From Escherichia coli (lineage in GTDB: Bacteria; Pseudomonadota; Gammaproteobacteria; Enterobacterales; Enterobacteriaceae), in NCBI RefSeq assembly GCF_030013205.1, contig NZ_CP122648.1: 64,000 nucleotides of DNA; one strand, given 5' to 3'. The stretch's first letter is position 1; the number at the start of each line of letters is the position of its first letter. Positions 32,973 to 47,566 of this stretch are shown here, piece by piece. The position numbers were made by a program, and so were the translations under genes. The notes below the pieces were generated by a model. The model was not told the DNA's origin, searched no databases, and was given only the letters and a program-made list of their open reading frames with translations.

Positions 32973-35900
32973 TTAACCGCTAATCTGCTCCATCGCCTGC
33001 AAAATACGCTTATCCGAAATCGGATAAGGCGTACCAAGTTGTTGAGCGAAGTAGCTGACGCGCAGCTCTTCTATCATCCAGCGGATCTCTTTCACGTCTT
33101 CATCCTCACGACGTGCGGGCGGCAGTTTGTTGATCCATTGCTGCCACGCCTGCTGGACATTTTCGACTTTCAGCATCTGAGCACGGTCGCGATGTGGGTC
33201 AACCGCCAGTTTTTCCAGCCGTTTTTCAATCGCCTGCAAATAACGCAGCGTGTCGCCCAACCGTTTGAAGCCGTTACCAGTGACAAAACCGCGATATACC
33301 AACCCGCCCATCTGCGCTTTAATGTCAGAAAGCCCCAGCGCCATGGTCATATCCACCCGCCCTTTCAGACGTTTATTGATATTGAACACCGCAGTAAGGA
33401 TTTGCTCGACCTGCTTCGCAATATCCACCACCGTGTCGTTCAGTTCAGCACGGACTTTTTCATGCAGCGCAGCAAAACCTTCTTCCGTCCAGACCGGGCC
33501 ACCATTGGCGTCGATCAGTTGATCCACACCGCAGGAGATACAGTCGTCGATCAGCTCCAGCACTTTGCCATACGGGTTAAAGTACAGCCCCAGCTTGGCT
33601 TTGTTTGGCAACTTCTCATGCAAATATTTGATTGGCGAGGGAATATTCAGCAGCAGTAGACGGCGAAGACCGTTCCACATTGCCTGCTTTTGTTCCAGCG
33701 GATTATCAAACAGTTTGATCGCCACGCTGTCGCGTTCATCCACTAGCGCTGGCCACGCCTTCACTTTATAGTTGCCACGCTTCTGTTCGTAGCTTTCCGG
33801 CAGCTGACCAAAACTCCAGATATGTAAGCCGCTCTGCTCGATACCGTCATCCGCCACCGCAGACAGCGTTTCCTGCACTTTGCCTTTCAGCGCATCTTTC
33901 AGATCTTGTAGAGAGCGCCCTTCTTTTAGCTTCTTGTTTTTGTCATCCACCACGCGGAAGGTGATTTTCAGGTGATCGGGCACCTGATCCCAGTGCCAGT
34001 CTTCGCGGTCAACGGTAACGCCGGTCATCCGCCGTAACTCGCGCTCAAGGCTGTCGAGCAACGGTAACTCCAGCGGTGTGACGCGGCCTAAAAACGCTTC
34101 GGCGTAGTTTGGCGCGGGCACAAAATTACGGCGTACCGGTTTCGGCAACGATTTAATCAATGCGATGATCAGTTCACGACGCAGGCCGGGGATTTGCCAT
34201 TCAAACCCGCTCTCTTCTACCTGATTAAGCAGCGGCAGCGGAATATGCACGGTCACACCGTCAGCATCCGCGCCGGGCTCAAACTGATAACTCAAACGCA
34301 GCTTGAGATTGCCCTGATGCCAGAAGTTCGGGTAATCCAGCTTGCTGATCTTTTCCGCCCCTTCTTTGATCAACATGCTCTTTTCAAAGTTGAGCAAATC
34401 AGGCGTTTCGCGGCTGACTTTTTTCCACCAGCTATCGAAGTGACGAGCGGAGATTACATCGTGGCTGATGCGCTGGTCGTAGAACTCAAACAGCGTTTCG
34501 TCATCAACCAGAATATCGCGGCGACGTGATTTGTGTTCCAGCTCTTCCACTTCGGCCCGCAGTTTCAGGTTTTCACGGAAGAATGCGTGACGTGTCTGCC
34601 AGTCACCTTCCACCAGAGCGTGGCGAATAAAGAGTTCACGACATAACGTCGGATCGATCTGGCTGTAGTTGACCTTACGCGCAGCAACAATCGGCAAACC
34701 ATAAACAGTGACTTTTTCCGTTGCCATCACCGCGCCCTGCGCCCGTTCCCAGTGCGGTTCGCTGTAGGTGCGTTTAATCAAATGCTGAGCAACGGGTTCT
34801 ACCCATTCAGGGTCGATGCGTGCCGCAATGCGCCCCCACAGGCGGCTGGTTTCTACCAGTTCCGCCACCATTACCCATTTCGGCGGCTTTTTAAATAAGC
34901 CGGAACCGGGGAAAATGGAGAAACGCGCGTTACGTGCGCCGGTATATTCTTGTTTATCGGCATCTTTCATGCCGATATGGGAAAGCAAACCGGTCAGTAA
35001 GGCGATGTGAATTTCGCGATACTCCGCCGGTTCGCTGTTAACCGGAATGCCAAGTTCTTTCACTACCTGACGCAACTGGGTGTAGATATCCTGCCATTCG
35101 CGCACGCGCAGATAGTTGAGATAATCGGTACGACACAGGCGACGGAAGGCGTTAGAAGAAAGCGCCTTTTGCTGCTCGCCGAGATAATTCCACAGATTTA
35201 CAAACGCGAGGAAGTCGGATTCTTTGTCGTGGAAGCGGCGATGTTTTTCGTCCGATGCCTGCTGTTTATCCATCGGACGCTCGCGCGGATCCTGAATGGA
35301 GAGCGCGGACGTGATAATCATCGCCTCACGCACGCAGCCATGTTTTTGCGCTTCCAGCACCATACGCGCCAGACGTGGGTCGACAGGCAACTGCGAGAGC
35401 TGGCGACCGAGCGGCGTCAGTTTATAAGCGCTGGCCTGTTCATCAGTGGTGATCGCGCCCAGTTCTTCGAGCAGACGCACGCCATCCTGGATATTGCGTT
35501 TATCCGGTGCTTCGACAAACGGGAACGCCGCGATATCACCCAGCCCCAGCGCGGTCATCTGCAAAATAACCGAGGCCAGGTTGGTACGCAGAATCTCCGG
35601 ATCGGTAAACTCCGGGCGCGAGAGGAAATCGTCTTCGGAATAGAGACGAATACAGATCCCTTCAGACACACGACCACAGCGGCCTTTACGCTGATTGGCA
35701 GACGCCTGCGAAATCGGCTCAATCGGCAAACGCTGCACTTTGGTGCGATAGCTGTAGCGGCTGATACGTGCTGTACCGGGGTCGATAACGTATTTAATCC
35801 CCGGTACGGTCAGCGAGGTTTCCGCGACGTTGGTCGCCAGCACAATACGCCGTCCGCTGTGCGACTGGAACACGCGGTTCTGTTCGCTGTTCGAAAGCCG

Positions 35901-36875
35901 CGCATAAAGCGGCAAGATTTCGGTATGGCGTAAGTTCAGCTTGTTCAGCGCATCGGCGGTATCGCGAATTTCCCGCTCACCACTCATAAAGATCAGAATG
36001 TCGCCAGGGCTTTCCTGACTCAGTTCGTCTACGGCGTCAAAAATCGCCTGCAACTGATCGCGCTCGGTGTCATCGGCTTCTTCAACAATCGGGCGATAGC
36101 GTACTTCCACCGGATAGGTCCGACCGGAGACTTCGATAATCGGCGCATTATTAAAGTGGCGCGAAAAGCGTTCCGGGTCGATAGTCGCGGAAGTGATAAT
36201 GATTTTTAGGTCAGGACGTCGCGGCAGCAACTCTTTCAAATAGCCGAGCAGAAAATCGATATTCAGGCTACGTTCGTGCGCTTCGTCAATAATGATAGTG
36301 TCGTACTGCATCAGCAGGCGGTCTTGCTGGATCTCCGCCAGCAGGATCCCGTCGGTCATCAGCTTGACCATCGTGTTATCACTTACGTGATCGCTGAAAC
36401 GCACTTTGTAACCGATGCAACCGCCCGGCTCCGTTTTCAGCTCTTCCGCAATACGGTTCGCCACCGTTCGTGCCGCCAGGCGACGCGGCTGGGTATGGCC
36501 GATCAGCCCTTTAATCCCGCGCCCCAGCTCCATACAGATTTTCGGTAGCTGAGTCGTTTTACCGGAACCGGTTTCCCCGGCGACGATCACCACCTGGTGA
36601 TCACGAATCGCTTCGAGAATGTCCTGCTTTTTCTGACTAACCGGTAAATTGTCAGGATAAGCAATTTCCGGACGTGCCGCTTCACGCAGCAGGACTTTCC
36701 CTGCCGCCTGGTCAATCTCTTTCGCCATCTCCTGGAAAATGGCCTGTTGTGCATCAGGATTTTTAACCTTCTTCACACCGTGAAGACGGCGTAAAAAACG
36801 CTGTCTGTCGCGCAGCATCAGCGAATCCAGCCGCTGCTGCAAGGCCGTAAAGGTCAATTTTTGTTGTTCTGTCAT
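32973..36875 (-). CDS. hrpA: ATP-dependent RNA helicase HrpA (DEAH-box)
   Basis: 1300 aa; Walker A GETGSGKTT, DEAH box (IIIDEAHERS), helicase C-terminal and HA2/OB domains. Confidence 0.92.
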   Translation of the reverse strand: MTEQQKLTFTALQQRLDSLMLRDRQRFLRRLHGVKKVKNPDAQQAIFQEMAKEIDQAAGKVLLREAARPEIAYPDNLPVSQKKQDILEAIRDHQVVIVAGETGSGKTTQLPKICMELGRGIKGLIGHTQPRRLAARTVANRIAEELKTEPGGCIGYKVRFSDHVSDNTMVKLMTDGILLAEIQQDRLLMQYDTIIIDEAHERSLNIDFLLGYLKELLPRRPDLKIIITSATIDPERFSRHFNNAPIIEVSGRTYPVEVRYRPIVEEADDTERDQLQAIFDAVDELSQESPGDILIFMSGEREIRDTADALNKLNLRHTEILPLYARLSNSEQNRVFQSHSGRRIVLATNVAETSLTVPGIKYVIDPGTARISRYSYRTKVQRLPIEPISQASANQRKGRCGRVSEGICIRLYSEDDFLSRPEFTDPEILRTNLASVILQMTALGLGDIAAFPFVEAPDKRNIQDGVRLLEELGAITTDEQASAYKLTPLGRQLSQLPVDPRLARMVLEAQKHGCVREAMIITSALSIQDPRERPMDKQQASDEKHRRFHDKESDFLAFVNLWNYLGEQQKALSSNAFRRLCRTDYLNYLRVREWQDIYTQLRQVVKELGIPVNSEPAEYREIHIALLTGLLSHIGMKDADKQEYTGARNARFSIFPGSGLFKKPPKWVMVAELVETSRLWGRIAARIDPEWVEPVAQHLIKRTYSEPHWERAQGAVMATEKVTVYGLPIVAARKVNYSQIDPTLCRELFIRHALVEGDWQTRHAFFRENLKLRAEVEELEHKSRRRDILVDDETLFEFYDQRISHDVISARHFDSWWKKVSRETPDLLNFEKSMLIKEGAEKISKLDYPNFWHQGNLKLRLSYQFEPGADADGVTVHIPLPLLNQVEESGFEWQIPGLRRELIIALIKSLPKPVRRNFVPAPNYAEAFLGRVTPLELPLLDSLERELRRMTGVTVDREDWHWDQVPDHLKITFRVVDDKNKKLKEGRSLQDLKDALKGKVQETLSAVADDGIEQSGLHIWSFGQLPESYEQKRGNYKVKAWPALVDERDSVAIKLFDNPLEQKQAMWNGLRRLLLLNIPSPIKYLHEKLPNKAKLGLYFNPYGKVLELIDDCISCGVDQLIDANGGPVWTEEGFAALHEKVRAELNDTVVDIAKQVEQILTAVFNINKRLKGRVDMTMALGLSDIKAQMGGLVYRGFVTGNGFKRLGDTLRYLQAIEKRLEKLAVDPHRDRAQMLKVENVQQAWQQWINKLPPARREDEDVKEIRWMIEELRVSYFAQQLGTPYPISDKRILQAMEQISG

Positions 36876-37066
36876 AACGTTAGTGGGCAGTAGTCTGCCT
36901 GATTAATTTTCTTTTAAATGATAGATATAGAGTACCACATCGCGGCTTTCTATGCGTTGTTCAATAAATTCGAACATAGGCTTCGATTTATTGCGCTATC
37001 TCTGTGGCAGGATTGTGAATAAAGTGTCAACAAGCAACGGGGCATCGCCCATTCAAACATCTATAA

Positions 37067-37681
<615 letters not shown>

Positions 37682-37734
37682 CCGGACACGATCTTGATGT
37701 GGACTGTAGATATTCAGTCCACATCTCAATCCGC

Positions 37735-40797
<3,063 letters not shown>

Positions 40798-40812
40798 TTT
40801 CTCTATTTTCCT

Positions 40813-41709
40813 TCAGTAACAGCAGTAGCGAATAAAATAAAAAAATACTGGGGCGGTGAAAATTAATGAGTCAATCCTGTCAAGGAGTCCGCCATGTCCT
40901 GGTAATAGTTTTCCGCTATCTTTAACACCAACATCTCGTTTGATGGCTGACATCACTACATCGCCGCAAAAACCACAAATACCAATTAACAAACCCGCTA
41001 ATAATGCCTGTAATGTATTTAGCGGTGTCAGCAACGGTCCAATAATCAGTGACGCAATCATGGTGGTGATGACGCCCCCCACCAGACCTTCCAGCGTTTT
41101 TCCCGGGCTGACTTTGGGGACCACTTTTCTTCTGCCGCAGGATTTTCCCCATAAATACTGTGCAATATCGTTTGACTCGGTTAACGCCAAAAGAAATAAC
41201 ACCAGTAACGCCCCACCCTGGATATTTATGGTTGGCAACATTACTAACCAGGCGGCATGACTCAAGGCGAAAACGATCATTATCCAGCCCCAAAAAATGG
41301 CGCTCACAGTATGCAGAAAACCGGAGGGGTCCCCCACAAAAACTTGCCCGGTGGCTAATATCAGAAACCCAGCCAAAGGTATAAATAACAGATACAGCTC
41401 AAAGCAATTAAAACCGATAAACAAATAGTTAAGAGGAATAACCCAATATAACCACCGCGGAAGATGTACAGATATAAGCGTACAATATTCTTTCAATGCC
41501 AGAAAACTTATCAGCGCAAAAAACGTCAACGTCATCCAGCGTGGACCTGAAATCACCAGTGAAAAACAAATGACGATGCCCCACCAGGTACGAATACGTA
41601 ATGTAACTTCATCCCCTTTTCTCTCCGGTAACCGCCATACCCGAAAACGGTTTATCAGCGTTGCTAAAATTAACAACGCGAAAAGTGTTGCCAGAGATTT
41701 TTCCAGCAT
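40813..41709 (-). CDS. ynbB: CDP-diglyceride synthetase (CdsA)-like membrane protein
   Basis: ORF 40813..41745; start at internal Met giving 298 aa; polytopic membrane protein. Confidence 0.8.
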   Translation of the reverse strand: MLEKSLATLFALLILATLINRFRVWRLPERKGDEVTLRIRTWWGIVICFSLVISGPRWMTLTFFALISFLALKEYCTLISVHLPRWLYWVIPLNYLFIGFNCFELYLLFIPLAGFLILATGQVFVGDPSGFLHTVSAIFWGWIMIVFALSHAAWLVMLPTINIQGGALLVLFLLALTESNDIAQYLWGKSCGRRKVVPKVSPGKTLEGLVGGVITTMIASLIIGPLLTPLNTLQALLAGLLIGICGFCGDVVMSAIKRDVGVKDSGKLLPGHGGLLDRIDSLIFTAPVFFYFIRYCCY

Positions 41710-42314
41710 TATCTTTCTGCACTCATAAAAAGCACACTCCGACAACGATTAATCGCAGTCCAGAGAAGCAGAATTGAAGCAATGCCCCATAAAAGATTAT
41801 TCCATTGCATCCACTGTGGATAAATGGCAATGGCCAGACCCCACAGACCAAATATTAACGCGCGATCGCTTTTGCCAAATGGACCGGCATAACTGCGAAT
41901 ACCGTTAATCGTCTGCGCGAGTAAACCGCAAAACTCAGTCAATATGGTGCAAAATAACATGAGTATTACGAGTGATGCGTTACTTTCCGGTAAAAATAAA
42001 AACGGTAAATAAAGCGCAATATCGGAAATAACATCGCCTGTTTCATTCAAAATCGCCCCAAGACGTGTTTGCTGATTGCACTCACGCGCCATCATGCCAT
42101 CCAGCGCATTGAGTGCCATACGAATAAAAAGCACGATGGGCAATAGCAGAAACATGCCAGGATATGGCACCAACGCCAACAACAAAGCGGTGAGAAGAGA
42201 AAGTGCCAACGCGGCAAGTGTGATCTGATTTGCAGACACTTGCCGCTTATGAAGCCAAAACATCGTCGGCCTTAACAGCGACTGAAAGAGCGGTTTTATC
42301 TGGTAGAGCGTCAT
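41709..42314 (-). CDS. ynbA: CDP-alcohol phosphatidyltransferase-family membrane protein
   Basis: About 201 aa; membrane protein with CDP-alcohol phosphatidyltransferase-like D-G-x-x-A-R motif region (ALDGMMARE). Confidence 0.8.
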   Translation of the reverse strand: MTLYQIKPLFQSLLRPTMFWLHKRQVSANQITLAALALSLLTALLLALVPYPGMFLLLPIVLFIRMALNALDGMMARECNQQTRLGAILNETGDVISDIALYLPFLFLPESNASLVILMLFCTILTEFCGLLAQTINGIRSYAGPFGKSDRALIFGLWGLAIAIYPQWMQWNNLLWGIASILLLWTAINRCRSVLFMSAER

Positions 42315-42482
42315 TATCAATCCTTGATAATTCTGTTTGCGCTATGGTGCATCAATTGCCCTGACAGAGATATCGCAACACGCCGCTTCAATAAAAATTC
42401 AGAATATATCAAGGTATTGGGGCTCACTGTCAGGAATGATTATCCACAATTAATCAAATAGTTAAAAATATTACGCTGTTAT

Positions 42483-44789
42483 TCAATGCAACTCATCAAG
42501 TTTTCTCATCGCTTGTTCCCGTATTGCGCGCGTCTTATCGTTAAGCGCCAGCTGCCGAACTAAATCCAGTTCAGGGTTAACAAGCTCTAACGCCAGCAAA
42601 GGATCACGTTTCAGCCTCGCCTTTAATACATCAACTGGAAAACGGGGATTATTCATCGCCACAATCCACCACTCGGGATCAATTTCTGCCGCCAGTACTG
42701 CAGGCGGTGTGTGGCGGTTGTTAAGTGCGCCGAACTTGAAAAATGTGAGATTGCTTTTCGCCAGTGTACTCCACCATATACGATCCGGTTGTTTTGCCAG
42801 TTTATCCAGTTGTGCTAATGCATCGGGGTCAAGTGCATAATAAACACGTAACGCTTCGTTAACCTGCGCACGAGAGCTGTTTTCCTGCCTCAGAAAAAAC
42901 TTCGCCCAAATATCATTGCGTGGCATATTTTGCTGTAATTCCTTGAGGACAACAGCGGGTAAATTATCCCAACTAACTAATGCACTCTCTAAAAAGTCCC
43001 AGCCTTCCGAACGTATCAGAGAGGTGGCATTTAATAGCATCTGGTCATCAACTTCACCGTGGCTAATCAGCTCAGACAAAATCATATCAGCGCTGGTTTC
43101 ATATGCTGCAGAATCTGCTTTCGGATTATTTTTCCGATGCGATAAAGCACGTTGCCAAATTTTTTGTTTCATCGACGTGCTCAGATACTGATTTTTCGCC
43201 AAATTACTCCACCCCTCAGGATCGTTGAAACGTGTCAATAACCGTTGTAAAGCAGCGTCAGAGTGAATTATCTGCATATCCCGACAGCAAAAGTAGGCAG
43301 GGGATTTTTTCTCCATCCTTTTAACAAAATTAAACTGTAAGTTATCTGGCAACGCTAAAAATAACGTACCTATTAGATCATCGTCATTCTCGAATTTTTG
43401 GTATAAATATACTGCTATTTTGTGACTCTCTTGTGGCGTCATCCGCAACAATTGACCATGGTGTTTCATCTCTGCCAGCTTTGACGCTAAGCTTGTGACA
43501 ACATCGTTTGATGAATCGTTCGCCAACTGCATTGCCTGATTGTAGGTGAGTTGTCCTCCAGCACCGACCTGACGAATAGAGGAATCATCACTGCGGATAT
43601 AGCCATCAATAATGGATTCGGGCAATAACCACGCATCTTTATAAAGCTCCTGAATGATCATATCCCAATCTCTTTTCGCCAGAGTCATGACGATATCCAG
43701 AGGGAGATTTTCACGTAGCGCAAGATTCAACGGACCGACACCATCAGGTAGATGACTCATTCGCGTCATTATTTCGACAGAGAGCGGTTCTCGGTCGAGC
43801 AACCCCAGAACAACAGGCTGGTAACCCAATTGCTGATCGGTCAACTCCAGAATCTCATTGTCAGGCATATATCTCGCCATACTTGCAATCGTTTGTCCAT
43901 CATTGCTATTAATAAGTTGTTTGCGTAGGTTAGCTGAAATTCCTTTAAGCCTTGGGAGAGTTCGCATTATGGCAAGATCAAATGTCGCAATGTCTCGTCC
44001 TTCAAATGCAGCAACTTTGCCTTCATCCAGCATTTGTAATTCCTGCACTAATTCAGGTGAAGGCTTAGGGCGAAACAGCGCTTCTTTTTTCATCTGATTA
44101 CAGACATTCCCTGCTATGCGAATATTGCTTCGCTTAAAAATTTCTTTCAGAGCATCTTCATCATTTATTAGACCCCAATAATATGCATCAGGATTTATTA
44201 TCATCAGCGCTTTTTTGACATTTTCAGTGTCATTTTTGTCACTCGCACGGACCATGAATTCACTATTTGTCGAAGACGCAACAACAGGTGCAATTATGTC
44301 ATTGATAAATATCCCACGCGCATTAATACTTCCCTTAATCGTAGACGGATTATCGTAATATGAGTCGATAAATACCAGTCCACTTGCATTTATCGAACCG
44401 GTAATTAACAGTGGTGAATCCGTAACTATATTCGTTGCCGTCACATCACCGAGAATAACCCATGGATTAGAAAGAGAGAAAGTGGAAATATTTCCTTTGA
44501 CTGTCAAGTTGCCAGGAACAATCAATTTTTGATTACTCTCTATATTACCGTCTACCACTAAATCGCCACGATGCACTTTCCAGTCCGATGCAGATAAACC
44601 GAAGGGGACAAGATTCACGCTACTGTTGATAGCTTGTTCAACTTGTTGTTTATCTTCAGCGGTAGCCGCAGAAAAAAATGGTTCAATATCAACTGCATTT
44701 GCAACACATCGAAGTTCCGCCTGTACTGGAAGACTCAGCATAAACAGGAGAAGTAAACCTATCCAGCTGCAAATCCTGGGCTTAAACAT
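42483..44789 (-). CDS. ydbD: Large uncharacterized secreted protein (DUF2773-like)
   Basis: About 768 aa; N-terminal signal peptide (LLLFMLSLPVQA). Confidence 0.8.
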   Translation of the reverse strand: MFKPRICSWIGLLLLFMLSLPVQAELRCVANAVDIEPFFSAATAEDKQQVEQAINSSVNLVPFGLSASDWKVHRGDLVVDGNIESNQKLIVPGNLTVKGNISTFSLSNPWVILGDVTATNIVTDSPLLITGSINASGLVFIDSYYDNPSTIKGSINARGIFINDIIAPVVASSTNSEFMVRASDKNDTENVKKALMIINPDAYYWGLINDEDALKEIFKRSNIRIAGNVCNQMKKEALFRPKPSPELVQELQMLDEGKVAAFEGRDIATFDLAIMRTLPRLKGISANLRKQLINSNDGQTIASMARYMPDNEILELTDQQLGYQPVVLGLLDREPLSVEIMTRMSHLPDGVGPLNLALRENLPLDIVMTLAKRDWDMIIQELYKDAWLLPESIIDGYIRSDDSSIRQVGAGGQLTYNQAMQLANDSSNDVVTSLASKLAEMKHHGQLLRMTPQESHKIAVYLYQKFENDDDLIGTLFLALPDNLQFNFVKRMEKKSPAYFCCRDMQIIHSDAALQRLLTRFNDPEGWSNLAKNQYLSTSMKQKIWQRALSHRKNNPKADSAAYETSADMILSELISHGEVDDQMLLNATSLIRSEGWDFLESALVSWDNLPAVVLKELQQNMPRNDIWAKFFLRQENSSRAQVNEALRVYYALDPDALAQLDKLAKQPDRIWWSTLAKSNLTFFKFGALNNRHTPPAVLAAEIDPEWWIVAMNNPRFPVDVLKARLKRDPLLALELVNPELDLVRQLALNDKTRAIREQAMRKLDELH

Positions 44790-44852
44790 ATGCACTCCAT
44801 GCCATTAAAAAAGAAACAAAAGGGAAATGCATCTTTCCCTTTTGTATATTCG

Positions 44853-45713
44853 TTATTCTCGCGAAATACCATCCAACGTAGACAACACTTCCTCAGTAAG
44901 ATGCAATTTTTCAGCAGCCATATTCTCCCGTAAATGCGCAACAGAAGACGTCCCTGGGATCAGCAAAATATTCGGTGAACGTTGTAACAGCCACGCCAGC
45001 GCCACCTGCATTGGTGTTGCACCCAGGCTCGCAGCAACATCGGAAAGCGTGGAAGATTGCAGCGGCGTAAAGCCCCCGAGCGGAAAGAACGGCACGTAGG
45101 CAATGCCGTCACGAGCCAAAGCTTCAATCATTGCGTCATCAGCACGATGAGCAATGTTGTATTCGTTCTGCACACAGACGATTTCGGCAATCTTGCGCGC
45201 CTCTGCAACCTGCGTCGGTGTGACGTTGCTCAGGCCAATATGTTTTACCAGGCCTTGTTGTTGCATCTCTGCCAGCACGGTCAGGCTGGCTTCAATCGAT
45301 CCTTCCGCCGGGCCATGACCATCCCCCATCATGACGCGCAGGTTAACCACATCCAGTACGTCCAGGCCGAGATTACGTAGATTATCGTGTACCGCTTTTT
45401 GCAGCTCTGCCGGAGAAAATGCGGGCAACCAGGAAGCATCCTCACCACGCCGTGCACCAATTTTAGTGACAATTGTCAGCTCGTCAGAGTAAGGATGTAG
45501 CGCTTCGCGGATAATCTGATTGGTGACGTGCGGACCATAAAAGTCGCTGGTATCAATATGATTGACGCCCAATGCCAGCGCCTCGCGCAGCACGGTTATA
45601 GCAACGTGGCGATCTCTTGGGGGGCCAAAAACCCCAGGGCCTGCCAGTTGCATCGCGCCATAACCAAGACGGTTAACGGATTTTGTACCGAGAGTAAATG
45701 TGTTGCTGCTCAT
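44853..45713 (-). CDS. ydbC: Aldo-keto reductase (NAD(P)-dependent oxidoreductase)
   Basis: 286 aa; AKR-family fold. Confidence 0.85.
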   Translation of the reverse strand: MSSNTFTLGTKSVNRLGYGAMQLAGPGVFGPPRDRHVAITVLREALALGVNHIDTSDFYGPHVTNQIIREALHPYSDELTIVTKIGARRGEDASWLPAFSPAELQKAVHDNLRNLGLDVLDVVNLRVMMGDGHGPAEGSIEASLTVLAEMQQQGLVKHIGLSNVTPTQVAEARKIAEIVCVQNEYNIAHRADDAMIEALARDGIAYVPFFPLGGFTPLQSSTLSDVAASLGATPMQVALAWLLQRSPNILLIPGTSSVAHLRENMAAEKLHLTEEVLSTLDGISRE

Positions 45714-45867
45714 CGCACCCTGCCCTGTAATAAAACGGATTAAGAAAAATCAGTATAGAAACGAAAAGAGATAAATAATGCGAAGGCGTAAACAAGATTA
45801 CTGGATGAGTTGCTCTATTGTCCTTGAAGACACCAAAACAAAACGCCTAAAGCATCGCATCCGGCAA

Positions 45868-45903
45868 TAAAAAACCGCAACCTGTATCAGCATTGCGGTT
45901 TAG
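45868..45903 (-). terminator. Rho-independent terminator downstream of paaY
   Basis: Hairpin accgcaa-(12 nt)-ttgcggt followed on the minus strand by TTTTTTATT. Confidence 0.6.
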
Positions 45904-45943
45904 GTATCACATGCTAAAAATTAGAACGTCCAGCATCAGGACG

Positions 45944-46534
45944 TTACTGTTTCGGACGCAGATCCTCATCAAATACCAGACGCTGCCTGCCAGGTTCAAC
46001 TTCCCGCAATGGCTCGACTTGATGCAACGTCTGCTTACAGCGTGTCACCAGCACCTGATACTCATGCGTGCCCTGCTTTTTCCATGCCAGCTCCTGCTCA
46101 CTAAGTTCACGAATCGCTTTCGCCGGGCTGCCGACAATCAGGTAATTAGCAGGCATTTCTGCTTTGGCTTTCACAAATGCGGATGCACCCACAATACTGT
46201 TCTCACCAATCACCGCACCGTCCATCACTACCGCATTCATTCCCACTAATGCATTGCGGCGGATAATGCAGCCGTGAAGGATAGCGCTATGACCAATATG
46301 CCCGTCTTCTTCCACGACAGTATCCTGATCGGGAAAACCGTGCATAACGCAATTATCCTGAATGTTCGCGCCATCTTTCACCACGATACGACCAAAATCG
46401 CCACGCAGGCTGGCATTTGGCCCAACGTAAACGCCCTTGCCGAGAATAACATCGCCGATCAATACCGCTGTCGGATGGACAAAACTCTCTTCTGGTACAA
46501 CCGGAGTCAGACCGTCTATCTGGTAAATTGGCAT
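45944..46534 (-). CDS. paaY: Hexapeptide-repeat thioesterase/acyltransferase PaaY
   Basis: 196 aa; gamma-carbonic-anhydrase-like hexapeptide repeats. Confidence 0.9.
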   Translation of the reverse strand: MPIYQIDGLTPVVPEESFVHPTAVLIGDVILGKGVYVGPNASLRGDFGRIVVKDGANIQDNCVMHGFPDQDTVVEEDGHIGHSAILHGCIIRRNALVGMNAVVMDGAVIGENSIVGASAFVKAKAEMPANYLIVGSPAKAIRELSEQELAWKKQGTHEYQVLVTRCKQTLHQVEPLREVEPGRQRLVFDEDLRPKQ

Positions 46535-47466
46535 AACGCCTCCTGTTCAATGTTCAAACCGCCAAAACGTTGAAAATACAGGCTTCCCGGCGCAGGCAGT
46601 TCACCGACCGAGGTTTCACCTTTTTCACTAACGAACGCTAAAGCAGCAGGCGCTACGCGCTGATAAATGTTGATACACAACTGACGCGCCGTATGCCCTG
46701 CCCAGTGTGCCGGAAGCAACTCCTCCGGCAACATTGGGTCTTTAAGGACGACACGGCGATAAAAATGGATCAGTAAAAGCTGAATATGAAATGCACGCTC
46801 CGGGGTTAATTCGTCTGCCGCCTCTTTTAACAGCGGCACCAGCGGGCGGAATGACTGAATAAAGGTTTCGTACATGGCATTTTGTTCAGTTAAATGCCAG
46901 CACTCTTCTACTCTGGCACGCAGTGCTGCGCGAGAAAGCGCCAGTGGTATTTGCGCTTCAAAACAAATCACGTTATCCGCCACACCCGCTTCATGCAAAA
47001 GTGTCTGTACATCGGCCAGTTTTTGCGACGGCGATGCCATCAGGCTGGGTGCCAGTGCGCCAAAACCTTGCCAGATCAACTGCTTTTTGACATCAGCCAG
47101 CGTTGATTTATCTAAACCTTCCGAGAGCAACAGGAGCCATTTACCATCCCATGCAGGTTGCTCTGCGCGATAAATTTTACTTTCTGCCCGTCGCGTCAGG
47201 CGCAAGCCTTTATCACTGAGGCTATAGAAACTGCGTCGCCCGATGCGGGAAACATCCAGCCAGCCTTCTTTATTAAGACGAAACAAAGCGGTGCGCACGA
47301 AACGCTCACCAAATCCCAGCCCTTCCAGCAAAGCAGCCAGACTACCCAGCCAGATTTCACCACCACGATGGGAAAGCGAATCACCATACAGAGAGGAGAT
47401 CAAAGATGTGCCACTGACCGGAACAGCGTTTACAGCATGTTGGATAAAAGTATCAAGTTTACTCAT
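46516..47466 (-). CDS. paaX: Phenylacetyl-CoA-responsive repressor of the paa operons
   Basis: 316 aa; overlaps paaY by 19 bp. Confidence 0.9.
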   Translation of the reverse strand: MSKLDTFIQHAVNAVPVSGTSLISSLYGDSLSHRGGEIWLGSLAALLEGLGFGERFVRTALFRLNKEGWLDVSRIGRRSFYSLSDKGLRLTRRAESKIYRAEQPAWDGKWLLLLSEGLDKSTLADVKKQLIWQGFGALAPSLMASPSQKLADVQTLLHEAGVADNVICFEAQIPLALSRAALRARVEECWHLTEQNAMYETFIQSFRPLVPLLKEAADELTPERAFHIQLLLIHFYRRVVLKDPMLPEELLPAHWAGHTARQLCINIYQRVAPAALAFVSEKGETSVGELPAPGSLYFQRFGGLNIEQEALCQFTR

Positions 47467-47566
47467 TCGATTCAGTCTGTTGTTATTGTTGTAATTTATG
47501 AATCATAGCACAGGTCGTATCGACTTCTGGCCCTGGCGCTTTACCTCACCAGGGCCAGACGACACG

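Noticed and set aside
32865-33659. 264 aa plus-strand ORF overlapping the hrpA 3' end
   Set aside because: Antisense to hrpA with no recognisable motifs; open frame by chance.
35007-35933. 308 aa ORF on the plus strand inside hrpA
   Set aside because: Entirely antisense to the well-supported 1300 aa hrpA; Arg/Leu-rich low-complexity translation typical of an antisense frame in a GC-rich gene; no RBS or domain signal.
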